54,199 nt of DNA from positions 1-54,199 of IMG/VR virus record IMGVR_UViG_3300032053_000099. One strand, given 5' to 3'. The DNA comes from a virus. Lineage: Duplodnaviria > Caudoviricetes. The position numbers were made by a program, and so were the translations under genes. The notes beneath the pieces are model-generated. The model did no database searches. It was not told the origin of the DNA and saw nothing but the letters and a program-made list of their open reading frames with translations. Positions 1 through 9,374 of the stretch are shown here, one piece after another; the stretch's first letter is position 1; the number at the start of each line of letters is the position of its first letter.

Positions 1-442
1 GCCAAACGGAAGCCCGCTGCGAGAGCTTAAGAGGGCAACCGGGGCAAGCCGCCTGACGGGTCCAATTGACAAATAGACGCTAACAGCAAGGGGAGCCGGG
101 GGGATGCCCCAGAGGACGGCGGTCACCGCAAGGCCCAGGACGTTAGTCGCCGGGCAAAACTAAACCGACCGTAGCAGGGCCTGGGAGCCGTGGCGAAAGC
201 CGCAAGGCGGATCAGGCGGGCAGGCAAAAGCCGGGTGAACCGAAGTGGAGGCAACGGTGGGAAGGGAGCCAGTGACTGCGACCGCGAACGGGCTGGCTCT
301 GCTGGCAAGTACCACCGGACTCGTGCGGTTTAAGGCGTCTCGAAGGGAAGCGTAGGAATCCGAGAGGGTTCTGTGGGGCGACTTCGCCCCGCGATGCCAG
401 TGGCCTCTATGGGGTGGACGACCCCGAGGAGGCAAGAAGACG

Positions 443-637
443 ATGGTGGTACAAGTGACCGTGAATGGACAGCCGCTCCGGGACTTTATACAGCAGGAAC
501 GGAGCGATGAGATAACGCAGTTCGTGCGTGATGAACTCCGTGACATGAAGCGCAGCGTCCGGCCTCACATTGCGAGCGCCAGGCCGTTTGCTACGAGCTT
601 CGGTCATGGACCGGCCAAGGTCCTGTACGCAAGGTAG
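443..637 (+). CDS. small hypothetical protein
   Basis: 64 aa ORF with GAGGAGG Shine-Dalgarno upstream of the ATG. Confidence 0.6.
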   Translation: MVVQVTVNGQPLRDFIQQERSDEITQFVRDELRDMKRSVRPHIASARPFATSFGHGPAKVLYAR

Positions 638-722
638 GCTCTGGGAGGGTCCTCCCTCCCACAGAGGCCAACTGGCTCGTATCTTACACCCTCCACTGTG
701 AGGGCAATAGGAGACCAGAACC

Positions 723-1106
723 ATGAAAAAAAGCGTGAAGAAGCAACTGAAGAAGCAGGTGAAGAAGCAGGTTGCGAAGGCCGTCATTGGCGACGTGCTG
801 AAAGCGGCTCTCGCTGCTTCCAACTACAAGGCCGTCAAGGGCGAGCTGCGTCCCGTCACATCGGCTGCCATGTACGTCACCATCGGCAACCGCAACGCAG
901 CCTTCATCAACAAGGCGGGCACCGACGAGCCGAACGTCAGGCTCATCACCAGCATTAAACCCAAGGAGTTGGGCCTGAATCCGAAGAACTGGGCCAAGAC
1001 CAACAGCGACCGCGAGTACGCGTTCAGTGGTGACTACGCCACTCTGGGCAAGTCGCTGGCCGTCGCCTTCAAGGCTCTGTACAGTGTGCAGAAGAAAGCG
1101 GCCTAG
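723..1106 (+). CDS. Lys-rich protein; stand-alone paralog of the C-terminal domain of ORF 9375-10433
   Basis: AGGAG SD. DVLK.AL..SNYKAVKG...AAFINKAGTDEPNVRLITS is shared with the 9375 ORF; 55 nt exact match 900-954 = 10215-10269. Confidence 0.85.
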   Translation: MKKSVKKQLKKQVKKQVAKAVIGDVLKAALAASNYKAVKGELRPVTSAAMYVTIGNRNAAFINKAGTDEPNVRLITSIKPKELGLNPKNWAKTNSDREYAFSGDYATLGKSLAVAFKALYSVQKKAA

Positions 1107-1230
1107 CCCTGGGCGATGGGAGACAAGACGTGTGGGGAGAGACCAAGCAAGGTCTCCCCACTGAGCCCTTTCGGACGTTACGCTTTGGAAGCTTCTGTGG
1201 GGTGACTTCACCTCATGGAGGGAGTGCGAC

Positions 1231-1479
1231 ATGACCAAACTTGAGAAGGCCAAGAAATTCTTGAACCATGGTTACCCGATCGTCATCGAGGTCCTCCGCC
1301 CGAGGGCTTCCTATGGCCTGCTGCATGACGTCAGCCTCACTGTGGCTGAGGCCAAGGAACTGATGAAGGATATCATAGAGGCCATCGAGGCGGGCCAGGA
1401 AGACGGCAAGTACCCTGACGTGGTGGTCCGGGCTGGAGATCATCGGGGCAAGTCGATCAGCCTTGGGGAGTGGCGGTAG
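1231..1479 (+). CDS. hypothetical protein
   Basis: 82 aa, GGAGGGAG SD. Confidence 0.7.
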   Translation: MTKLEKAKKFLNHGYPIVIEVLRPRASYGLLHDVSLTVAEAKELMKDIIEAIEAGQEDGKYPDVVVRAGDHRGKSISLGEWR

Positions 1480-1710
1480 TCAGAGCAAGGCAAGAGTGGG
1501 AGGCAAGAGGCCCTCCCACAGAGGCTTCCAGGGTAAGACCTTCCGTGACATACGCTTCCTAGACGTTAGCAGCGTAAATCCGCTGCAAGGCTAGGCGTGT
1601 GGTAACGTCTGGTCCCGTCGGCAGTATCGGCCGTGTCAATAATTAGACGAGCGTGGTTAACCGTCCCATGCCCAAAGAGCTCGGGCCGGACTGACGCCGA
1701 CGTGAGGTAT

Positions 1711-1885
1711 CGTCCCTGTCTCAACTATCCAAGAAGGGAGCAGGGACGTTGGCTATCCATCCAAGAAGGAGCCATTGAGCCAAGATAATCTTTCGGTCTT
1801 GACAGGACCGTCCTGTGGTGACAGGTAGAAAGGAACCAGGCTTCGCCAGCGAGAGCCTTCTGCCATCCATCCAAGAAGGGGTAGA
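1711..1885 (+). repeat. three stem-loops carrying the same loop ATCCAAGAAGG (candidate ncRNA domain)
   Basis: Hairpins at 1711-1748, 1750-1774 and 1859-1885 have different stems but the same loop sequence; no credible CDS here. Confidence 0.6.
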
Positions 1886-2252
1886 CGGCGCTCGGCAAGT
1901 GGACTGAGACTGCCATATCTCAAGCGGCGAGCAGCATGTGGAACCGTATCACCCGCGCAATCAACTAAACCAAAAGTCGCTGTAAGGCGGAGGCCACATT
2001 CCGTTCGTATGCGTGGAAACACTCTGTCCAGCGTGAGTGGCAACACCCTGCCCGCCAATGAGCGGGGAACGCGGAGAATGCGAATCATATCAGGAATTGT
2101 CGGACCTTCCCCTTGCCAGCGACTGAGGAGGCCAGGGGTCACTCTACTATCGTGGCAGGTGGACATTTGTCTTTGGTTGTCACCCACTGCTGCGCTCTGG
2201 CTTCCTCAGTGGCTGGCAAGGACCAGCAAATCAGATCAGACTGGAGGCAATC

Positions 2253-2498
2253 GTGATCCATAAGAGATTGAAGTCCATGGAGTGGTCGAGCTTGGCAGAA
2301 GAGATCCTGGTCACGGCTGAACCACTCATACCACTCGACAAAATCCCATTGGCGATCCGTTTCGCTGAGCAGGAACTTGTCATCAGTCTCAGGGAAGATG
2401 GGCGTCATAACCTGAAGGCTATCGTCCTGCCCTGCGACGTTCGCGCCGCTTTGGACGCCATGAACCTTCGGCCCTGGGGAACGGCATCGCAAGTCTGA
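2253..2498 (+). CDS. hypothetical protein
   Basis: GGAGG SD, GTG start, 81 aa. Confidence 0.65.
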   Translation: MIHKRLKSMEWSSLAEEILVTAEPLIPLDKIPLAIRFAEQELVISLREDGRHNLKAIVLPCDVRAALDAMNLRPWGTASQV

Positions 2499-2506
2499 GA
2501 GGAGAT

Positions 2507-2833
2507 ATGACGTTAATCAACTGCACGCCCCATGCTATAGTCCTGTGCGGGAGGCCGCTCCTAGCTAGTGGTGTGGTCTCTCGTGTGACTGAGCACGCCA
2601 GTCACATAGATGACCTGGACTGGCTAGGCGGCACGGTACCGCTCGACGCGGTACTCTATGGCGAAGTGGTCGATTTGCCCGATCCTCGGCCATTCACCTA
2701 CTACATCGTTTCTCGGCCAGTGGCAGAGGCTGTCCCGCATCGACTGGACGTGGTATTTCTTACGGACTTTGAGCGGGACGCTGGTGGCCAGGTAGTTGGA
2801 GCGCGTCGGTTGGGCAGGAAGCGGGTGGGCTAA
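2507..2833 (+). CDS. conserved phage hypothetical protein (IN.TPH N-terminus)
   Basis: GAGGAG SD; the pattern LINCTPH...LPDP...YIVS recurs in phage small proteins. Confidence 0.75.
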   Translation: MTLINCTPHAIVLCGRPLLASGVVSRVTEHASHIDDLDWLGGTVPLDAVLYGEVVDLPDPRPFTYYIVSRPVAEAVPHRLDVVFLTDFERDAGGQVVGARRLGRKRVG

Positions 2834-2834
2834 A

Positions 2835-3047
2835 GTGAAGCGATTTCCCAGACTACCGCGTGCCGACGACTTCCCTCCAGGTGCTTATGGTACGGACACC
2901 AACCGTCTCGTCCATATCTGGCCTGGGGCCAAGCAAGACAAGAAGCGCATCGTGATCCACTGGATGGACGGCCTAGACGCTGGTAAGCCTGTCTGGTGGG
3001 CCAAGAAAGACTTGGAGTTCTTACGTCCTATCGTGGAGGGGGCATGA
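2835..3047 (+). CDS. small hypothetical protein starting MKRFPRL
   Basis: GTG at 2835, one base after the upstream stop; stop overlaps the next start (ATGA). Confidence 0.6.
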   Translation: MKRFPRLPRADDFPPGAYGTDTNRLVHIWPGAKQDKKRIVIHWMDGLDAGKPVWWAKKDLEFLRPIVEGA

Positions 3048-3580
3048 AAGTCAAGGTAGTCGGTGGTAGTCTTATGCAGCAGGCGCGCATCAGGTACTAC
3101 TGCGAACAGTTAGTGCCTACAGCATTCCGTAAGCGCAAACTGTTGGGCTTTCTTGAGCGCAAGGGGTTTTCCTTGCTCGCAACAAGCGGGTCCTGCAAGG
3201 GGCTCTTCTCACGTGAGGGCATCAAGGTCTACCGCAGCCATGAATTGGGCTGGCGCAACTACCGCGATAAGGATGGCAAGCGTGGGTTCTTCCGTGCTGA
3301 CCAGGTCGCCATCCACGAACTGATGCACGGCGTCTGGAGTTTTGCGTTTGATGGTGGTATGAGGCAGTCTGTGTATGCCCTGCACGCTGTTGCAAACCCA
3401 CGATATTTCAATTACCCCGACGCTGTACGCCATCCTTCAGAGTGGTTCTGTGACCAGTTCCCGCGTGCCTTCTTATTCAAGAAGACATGCGACCCGGCAT
3501 TGGTACGTTTTCTCAGGGACTGGTACTTCAGCAGGTGCCTGCCTAACATCCGCTTGGAGCGGGATGAGGTAGGAAGATAG
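3044..3580 (+). CDS. putative zincin-like metallopeptidase
   Basis: AIHELMHGVW (HExxH); ATGA coupling. Confidence 0.55.
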   Translation: MKVKVVGGSLMQQARIRYYCEQLVPTAFRKRKLLGFLERKGFSLLATSGSCKGLFSREGIKVYRSHELGWRNYRDKDGKRGFFRADQVAIHELMHGVWSFAFDGGMRQSVYALHAVANPRYFNYPDAVRHPSEWFCDQFPRAFLFKKTCDPALVRFLRDWYFSRCLPNIRLERDEVGR

Positions 3581-3591
3581 AGGAGGAAATC

Positions 3592-4893
3592 ATGGCTGCA
3601 AAGTCAGCCCCGTATATCTGGAAGCAGTGCCCGTTCTGCCATAAGGACCTTCCGAAAGGACCCTTGCTGGAAGTGGTGGAGCCAAAGCCGATCATGCGCT
3701 ATCCGCGCTTGCTGGCTACCACGCCTGAACAGGAACGGACGGTGAAGATCATCGAAACCAAGTGCCGTCAGTTCGCCTGTCCTGGCCGTATCGTAAGCGT
3801 CCAGGCTGGCCCGATGGTCACGCAATACGACTTCAGCCCGGATCGCTTCACCCGCGTCCGGCAACTGAAGACCATGCACGAAGACCTTGCCATCGCTATC
3901 CCCGCTGAGGCCGTCACGGTGATGCGTATCCCTGGTCGCATCGCAATGGCCATCACGGTGCCTAATGTGGAGCGCAAGATCGTGTCGTTCAAAGAGTGCT
4001 TGCCCAACGTGGTGACGGTCCGCAACGAGCAGATCCTGCCGATCAACTTCGGTATGGACTCTGTCGGCAATCCTGTGGTCGAAGACCTTACTCGTATGCC
4101 GCACCTGCTCGTCGCGGGCAGTACCGGCAGTGGCAAGTCTGTCCTGCTCAACAACATCATCCTCAGCCTACTCCATGTTCGTAACGCCAAGCAGATGAGG
4201 ATGGTGGTGATCGACCCGAAGAGCGTCGAGTTATTCATGTACAAGGACGTTCCGCACCTGATGCGCCCGCCGGTATGCAGCGTCTTCGACGCCCTGGGAG
4301 CAATGGATGACGTCCTTCAGCACGTCCGCAAGCGCATGGTCATGCTGGAGACCTTCAAGGCCAAGAACCTGGCCGAGTACAACGCGGTCATGCCTGATGA
4401 GGAGCGTAAGCTGCCGTATATCGTTGTGGTCATTGACGAGATGGCCGACATCGTCTTGCAAGAGAAGAAAGCCTTCACGCAAGTGATGGCCCAGCTTTCC
4501 AGCCTGGCCCGCGCCTCGGGAGTCCACGTGATAGCGGCTACCCAGCGCCCGTCAGTAGACGTGCTGTCGGGCAAGATCAAAGTCAACTTCCCCGCTCGCG
4601 TCTGCTTCCGTGTCCCTGGTCATGCTGACAGTAAGACAGTGCTGGGCGTCGGCGCCCACGCTGAGCAGTTGATGGCGCGGGGCGATATGCTGTACTGCTC
4701 GCCAAACCTCCCTGGGTATCTGCGCCTTCACAGTCCGTTGGTTGAGAACTCCGACATCAACGAACAGCTTCTGCTGTCCTTGGAGTGCGGCCACTTCCTC
4801 CGTTGCCCAGCAGACGGTCCCCCGGCTGTACCGCAAGAGTCTGGTGCTCCGAAACTCGAACTCGTCGAGAGAAAGGAAAGGAAGGTGATGTGA
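3592..4893 (+). CDS. FtsK/SpoIIIE-family ATPase (motor only, no TM or gamma domain)
   Basis: PHLLVAGSTGSGKS Walker A, IDPK, VVVIDE Walker B, ARASGVH..ATQRP, GDML. Confidence 0.9.
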   Translation: MAAKSAPYIWKQCPFCHKDLPKGPLLEVVEPKPIMRYPRLLATTPEQERTVKIIETKCRQFACPGRIVSVQAGPMVTQYDFSPDRFTRVRQLKTMHEDLAIAIPAEAVTVMRIPGRIAMAITVPNVERKIVSFKECLPNVVTVRNEQILPINFGMDSVGNPVVEDLTRMPHLLVAGSTGSGKSVLLNNIILSLLHVRNAKQMRMVVIDPKSVELFMYKDVPHLMRPPVCSVFDALGAMDDVLQHVRKRMVMLETFKAKNLAEYNAVMPDEERKLPYIVVVIDEMADIVLQEKKAFTQVMAQLSSLARASGVHVIAATQRPSVDVLSGKIKVNFPARVCFRVPGHADSKTVLGVGAHAEQLMARGDMLYCSPNLPGYLRLHSPLVENSDINEQLLLSLECGHFLRCPADGPPAVPQESGAPKLELVERKERKVM

Positions 4894-5081
4894 TGCCGTT
4901 GTACAAGGAAATGCACCGCCGTCGTCGTATGAAGCTGCGGAGGGAATGGGAGTGGCTGAGGCACCTTCATTACCAAGGGGGCGAAGACGCTTCAGCCATA
5001 TTGATCGAGCCAAATCAGTGGGCCGTGAAGAAGTGGGATGCTGCCATAGTAGCAGCAAGGCTGAAAGGAGTACCTGTATGA
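4893..5081 (+). CDS. small hypothetical protein
   Basis: Start overlaps the upstream stop (TGATG) and its stop overlaps the ligase start (ATGA). Confidence 0.55.
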   Translation: MPLYKEMHRRRRMKLRREWEWLRHLHYQGGEDASAILIEPNQWAVKKWDAAIVAARLKGVPV

Positions 5082-6112
5082 CGGGCAAGGTCAGTACTGA
5101 GATCCGTGCCTTCCAGGTCCAACATACGTCCAACGGAGCGTACGATCCAGAGGCACTAGCCCTCATCGAACGCAATGATCTCCTGGTGGAAGAAAAGTAC
5201 GATGGCAGCCTCTACGTTGCCAAGTTCTTCGGTAGCAACGTCCAATTCACGTCGCGTCGTGAGAGCAAGAAGACAGGATTACCCTGCGACAAGACGGCCA
5301 ACCTGCCGCATCTGAACCGCTGTCCTGTGTCACTGAACGGCACGGTGCTGCTGGGTGAGATACTTTCCCCAACGAGGGAATTTCATCATGTGTCGGGCAC
5401 GATGAACTCACTGCCAGCGAAGGCGATCGCTTCCCAGGAGGAGCGGGGCTGGCTCCAATACTACGTCTTTGATTGCCTGTGGTACGTGGGTGTTGACGCT
5501 CGCAGCGAACCTCTGACGGTGCGTCGTGAACTAGCAGAGCGTGTTATCCGCGTCTGGGGTGCATTCCAGGCATCCCGCCGTGATAGAGTGCATGGCCATG
5601 TTGGGTGCCCCAGCGATTGCATCCATATCTCTCCAGTCTTGCGTGGCAACTACGGGGAGTTGTTTCGCAAGGTCGTAGCGCGGGGCGGCGAGGGCCTGAT
5701 GCTCAAGGATCCCGACGCGCCATATGGCAAGGGTGTGTTCAAAGTCAAGAAGGCCACGGATGTCTCCGCGTACATCACTGGCTACACGGAAGGCAAGGGC
5801 AAGTACGAAGGTCAGATCGGGGCCATCCGGTTCAGTGTGGGTGGAATCGATCCCATGGTGGCTGAACTCGAAATCGGGCAATGCAGTGGCATGGCCGACG
5901 TTACGCGGGGATATATTTCCAAGAACCGCCGGGCATGTCTCGGCAAGGTCATCGATGTCTGCTGCGAGCCGCCGGACAAGCCGAGTGCCTGGACGGGGCA
6001 GCGGCTCCGGCATCCCAGGTTCATTCGGTTCCGTGATGATCTTTCGCCTTTGCAATGTACGGTCAGCAAAGTGCGGGGCGATTTCATGAAGCTGACAAAG
6101 GTGGGCTCCTAA
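5078..6112 (+). CDS. ATP-dependent DNA ligase
   Basis: EEKYDG motif I, LLGE, YVFD, EGLMLK, KVK, LRHPRF.RFRDD; AGGAG SD before ATG 5078. Confidence 0.93.
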   Translation: MTGKVSTEIRAFQVQHTSNGAYDPEALALIERNDLLVEEKYDGSLYVAKFFGSNVQFTSRRESKKTGLPCDKTANLPHLNRCPVSLNGTVLLGEILSPTREFHHVSGTMNSLPAKAIASQEERGWLQYYVFDCLWYVGVDARSEPLTVRRELAERVIRVWGAFQASRRDRVHGHVGCPSDCIHISPVLRGNYGELFRKVVARGGEGLMLKDPDAPYGKGVFKVKKATDVSAYITGYTEGKGKYEGQIGAIRFSVGGIDPMVAELEIGQCSGMADVTRGYISKNRRACLGKVIDVCCEPPDKPSAWTGQRLRHPRFIRFRDDLSPLQCTVSKVRGDFMKLTKVGS

Positions 6113-6137
6113 ATTCTTCCAGAGAGGAGAAAGTGAG

Positions 6138-6401
6138 ATGGGAAACATCAGAGGTTTTGGCACCAGTCTGCGCTCCATCCGCCGGGTCATCGAGCGGCAC
6201 AAGGGGTACCCGAATGCGCGCCAGCGCCGTTTCATGAAGCACAGGCAGGCCAAGGAGGAGGAGCAAGAGAAGCACGAGGCCCAGGTCCGCGACATGCGCC
6301 GTCACGCTGGCAACATCGGCCGTATCACTGCGAAGCAGCAGGGCGTCGTCCAGCGCGTCATGTCACGGATGTCGCGCTTCCTGAGAAAGGCCATCGGATG
6401 A
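6138..6401 (+). CDS. basic hypothetical protein
   Basis: GAGGAG SD, 87 aa. Confidence 0.65.
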   Translation: MGNIRGFGTSLRSIRRVIERHKGYPNARQRRFMKHRQAKEEEQEKHEAQVRDMRRHAGNIGRITAKQQGVVQRVMSRMSRFLRKAIG

Positions 6402-6755
6402 CGAATCCATTTCTGCCATCTGACTTTGAACCACCACCACAGAAGCCGGCATCGCAAGAAGAGGCTGACCGGCTGGACAACGAGGCGGACGAAGACCATC
6501 AACAACCGACGTTCCACGGTCGGAAGAGCGAGATCATATATCGTCCGGCCTGGGCCGATGACAACGACCTGTAGAAAGGAGAGAGCCAGTGAGTAAGAAC
6601 AACCTGCACGCGATCGACCGTCGGGATAAAGATCCCGAAGAGAAGTGGGTGAAAGGTGAGTCCCATTTCTGCCAAGCCTGCAAAGCCTACGTCACCAGTG
6701 CCGGTCCTTGCCCCGACCGAGCGAGGTTGTGGGACGGGGAGAAAGGAGCCAAGTC

Positions 6756-7097
6756 ATGAAGCGCGTCAGTTTCAGGGACTCGGCTAGGAAGACCTGGGTC
6801 CTCGACGAGTGCAACGTCCGCGAGGATGTGGCAGACATCATATCTGATAGCTGGGAACTCCGCGTCTTCAAAGTGACCAGCCCAGACAGCGGCAACGTCT
6901 ATTGGGTGCAAGTCCTGAGAAGACGCGGAGTTCCCAAGGGCAAGAACGAAGAGTGGGATACCCCCGCCGTGTTCTGCAATTGTCCCCATGGTCTGTTCAT
7001 GGCCCCGTTGCAGGTGGTACTCTTTGGACCGTGTGGGTTGGATACCATCTGCAAGCACGTCAAGGTCGTCTGGGACTTTCTGAAGGGAGGGGGATAG
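6756..7097 (+). CDS. SWIM-type zinc-finger protein
   Basis: FCNCPHG...ICKHV; AGGAG SD. Confidence 0.65.
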   Translation: MKRVSFRDSARKTWVLDECNVREDVADIISDSWELRVFKVTSPDSGNVYWVQVLRRRGVPKGKNEEWDTPAVFCNCPHGLFMAPLQVVLFGPCGLDTICKHVKVVWDFLKGGG

Positions 7098-7808
7098 ATG
7101 GCATATCTCCAAGTCACGACCGCCACGCTCCCGCCGCTCAGCACTAAGGAGTCACGCCGTCGCTGCGTCCAGGCCCAGCGTGCTTACAGAGAGGGTCGCT
7201 CCCTGAAGCACCAGAAGCGTGCTGGCCTCAGCAAGGAAGACCTTCAGCAAGTCAACATATTTCGGGAGCTTGGCCTCGACTACACATGCCTGGCCCCCAA
7301 AGAACGGTATCCTGTCATTGCGAGAATGGTGGAAGGCCGCAGAGCAGACACGCTCTCACCCTCCGCGCTCAACTTCCTGCGTGACAACCTTGATGCCCAC
7401 GCTACTTTCAGGGATGGCCGGCAGGTAATCACCTTCGCCCAAAGTGGCGAATCCAAAAGAAAGGGAATCAACGACATGAACTTAGTCAGTGAAGTGGTTA
7501 GTGCGTCCGGCGAAAGCCGGAAGGTTGTGAAGTCCGTCCTGGACAATCTCCAAGCGTACATCTGCGATCAACTGAAGGAAGAGCGCCGTGTCCGCATCCC
7601 TGGCCTTGGCATCCTGGCCCTCAAGTACAGTCCGCCTCGGGAGAAGCGCAAGGGCGTCAGCCCGTTCAGTGGGGAGCCGATGGTGTTTAAGGCGCGACCG
7701 GCCTCCAACAAACTGAAGTTCCGGGTCTGCAAGGAACTGAAGGACTTCTGCGCCGTCCTGCCCGCCGTCGCCCCGAAGAAAAAGAAGGCCAAGAAAACGG
7801 CCAAGTGA
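7098..7808 (+). CDS. HU/IHF-like DNA-binding protein (possible internal start at 7476)
   Basis: C-terminal half RVRIPGLG.L....PREKRKGVSPFSGEPM..KA....KFR..KELKD matches the HU fold; Lys-rich tail. Confidence 0.85.
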   Translation: MAYLQVTTATLPPLSTKESRRRCVQAQRAYREGRSLKHQKRAGLSKEDLQQVNIFRELGLDYTCLAPKERYPVIARMVEGRRADTLSPSALNFLRDNLDAHATFRDGRQVITFAQSGESKRKGINDMNLVSEVVSASGESRKVVKSVLDNLQAYICDQLKEERRVRIPGLGILALKYSPPREKRKGVSPFSGEPMVFKARPASNKLKFRVCKELKDFCAVLPAVAPKKKKAKKTAK

Positions 7809-8149
7809 CCACGAGGTTCTGTAACGTCACGCTATAGCACGGCCACGTATCTTGTGGCCGTCCGCCGACTGACAGTTACAGGCGCGGTATCCTGGCCCCC
7901 GGCAGGTGCCGCGCAGACCTCAGGACAGACGTTAGCCTCCACCCAGCGCCCGTCCACGCTGGTGTCGTCTTCTACGTCTGCCTGGGGTCTGCGAGGCATC
8001 TGTCATGGTAATCGAGGCCACGATCCTAGCTTACGACACAGTCGCTCGACGGGGTGCGCGTGTCGGTCAAGGAGCTGCTATCTGCGCTCGGATCAAGGAA
8101 ATACTTTGGAAGTGGTCTCAAGTGGAGCTAAAGACGACATGGAGACGAC

Positions 8150-8785
8150 ATGGACGAGAATCTGGAGAGGGCTTGGCGAGCCGAGCTATACCCTGGTCGC
8201 ATAGTTGCATATGACGTCTCGGGGCACTCTGGTGAGATACGCAGTCTACACTTCGGAAATGGCGAGCGCGATGCTCGGCCTTGGATAGACGTTTGGAATC
8301 TGAACCGTGGCTACGAGCGGGAAGAGTGGTCTCTGGCGCATATCGCTTTGCGCCGTCCAAGAACTTGCAAACGCTGGCCGCGCCCGTTCCGCTATGCCAG
8401 GCTGACGCCGACGTTTCATTGTCATTGCCCTAGTGGTAAACTGACTGTAAAGGGACCGCATGACGTTATATGTAATCGCTGTGGGTGCGCCATCGGAAGT
8501 GAAAGCTACCCTGACCGTTTCCAAGAAGCCAGCCGGAAGTTAGCGAAGGTGTATGGTCTGCCAGAGGCCAAGGCTTCCGAAAAGCGCATTCTGCCAGCAG
8601 GAGGGCGTGTGAAGCTGGTGGAATATGAGGAGCAGATATTCCGCCGCACATACGTCAAGGAATCGCCCAAAGAGGCGAAGCAATTCCGGGCCAAGGTAGA
8701 CGAGATCCTGAAGAGGGTGGACGCCGAAAGCAAAGCCAAAGGGTGGGGTCAGAAGAAACCTAAACCAAAGAGGTTAGGACGCTGA
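8150..8785 (+). CDS. hypothetical protein with Cys motifs
   Basis: 211 aa; CHC...CNRC; stop coupled to the next gene. Confidence 0.6.
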   Translation: MDENLERAWRAELYPGRIVAYDVSGHSGEIRSLHFGNGERDARPWIDVWNLNRGYEREEWSLAHIALRRPRTCKRWPRPFRYARLTPTFHCHCPSGKLTVKGPHDVICNRCGCAIGSESYPDRFQEASRKLAKVYGLPEAKASEKRILPAGGRVKLVEYEEQIFRRTYVKESPKEAKQFRAKVDEILKRVDAESKAKGWGQKKPKPKRLGR

Positions 8786-9369
8786 TGTACGATTACGGTG
8801 TAGCTCTGCGACGGTTCGACAAGCTGATACGCTGGACGGCGAGGAAGTATCAGGTGTTGGGCCACCATCATCTGATGCCCCAGGATATCCAGGCCGAAGG
8901 CTACCTGGTCCTGGTCCGCTGCTGCCAGCGTTTCCCGCCGTATCGTACTGGCTTCGCGCGCTTCTTCAAGCGTTCATGGTACAACCGCCTCAAGGACCTT
9001 AGCCGTTTCTCTCATCGTCAGGCCCGTGACGGCGTGACGGTTGAGATACCTGAGACGCTTGTCGATGAGCGCTTCCTCCCCAGCGATAACTTGCGTTCCC
9101 GCATTAGTGAACTGAAACATCGTGTATCACCATTGGCCTTCAAGTTCCTACGCTTATTCACTCAGCCCAACGAGGCTGTTACCCAAGCTGCCTGGCGAGA
9201 CTTCTGTCGCAAGAATAAGCTCGCAGGCTTGGGTATCAAGGTGACAGGGTTCAAGAAGTTTCGCATTCGGCCCAAGCATGTGCAGACGGTCCTTGGCATA
9301 CCGCCGGTCCTAGGCCGGAAGTTGCTGAGGGAACTTAAACAGTCAAACCAACAGCAAAAGGAGCGTTGA
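8785..9369 (+). CDS. sigma70 region-2-like phage transcription factor
   Basis: LIRWTARKY...QDIQAEG.L.L.RC..RF...F..F......NRLKD. Confidence 0.65.
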   Translation: MYDYGVALRRFDKLIRWTARKYQVLGHHHLMPQDIQAEGYLVLVRCCQRFPPYRTGFARFFKRSWYNRLKDLSRFSHRQARDGVTVEIPETLVDERFLPSDNLRSRISELKHRVSPLAFKFLRLFTQPNEAVTQAAWRDFCRKNKLAGLGIKVTGFKKFRIRPKHVQTVLGIPPVLGRKLLRELKQSNQQQKER

Positions 9370-9374
9370 CGCTT

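Noticed and set aside
1711-1885. ATCCAAGAAGG repeats as a mini-CRISPR array
   Set aside because: Repeats are only 11-15 nt, irregularly spaced, and there are no cas genes
2005-2070. CGTATGCGTGGAAACAC resembling group II intron domain V
   Set aside because: The complementary 3' arm and domain VI are missing and there is no maturase
6004-6035. LRHPRF in the ligase as a copy of the RxPR tag
   Set aside because: It is the normal conserved ligase motif VI region, so it was not counted
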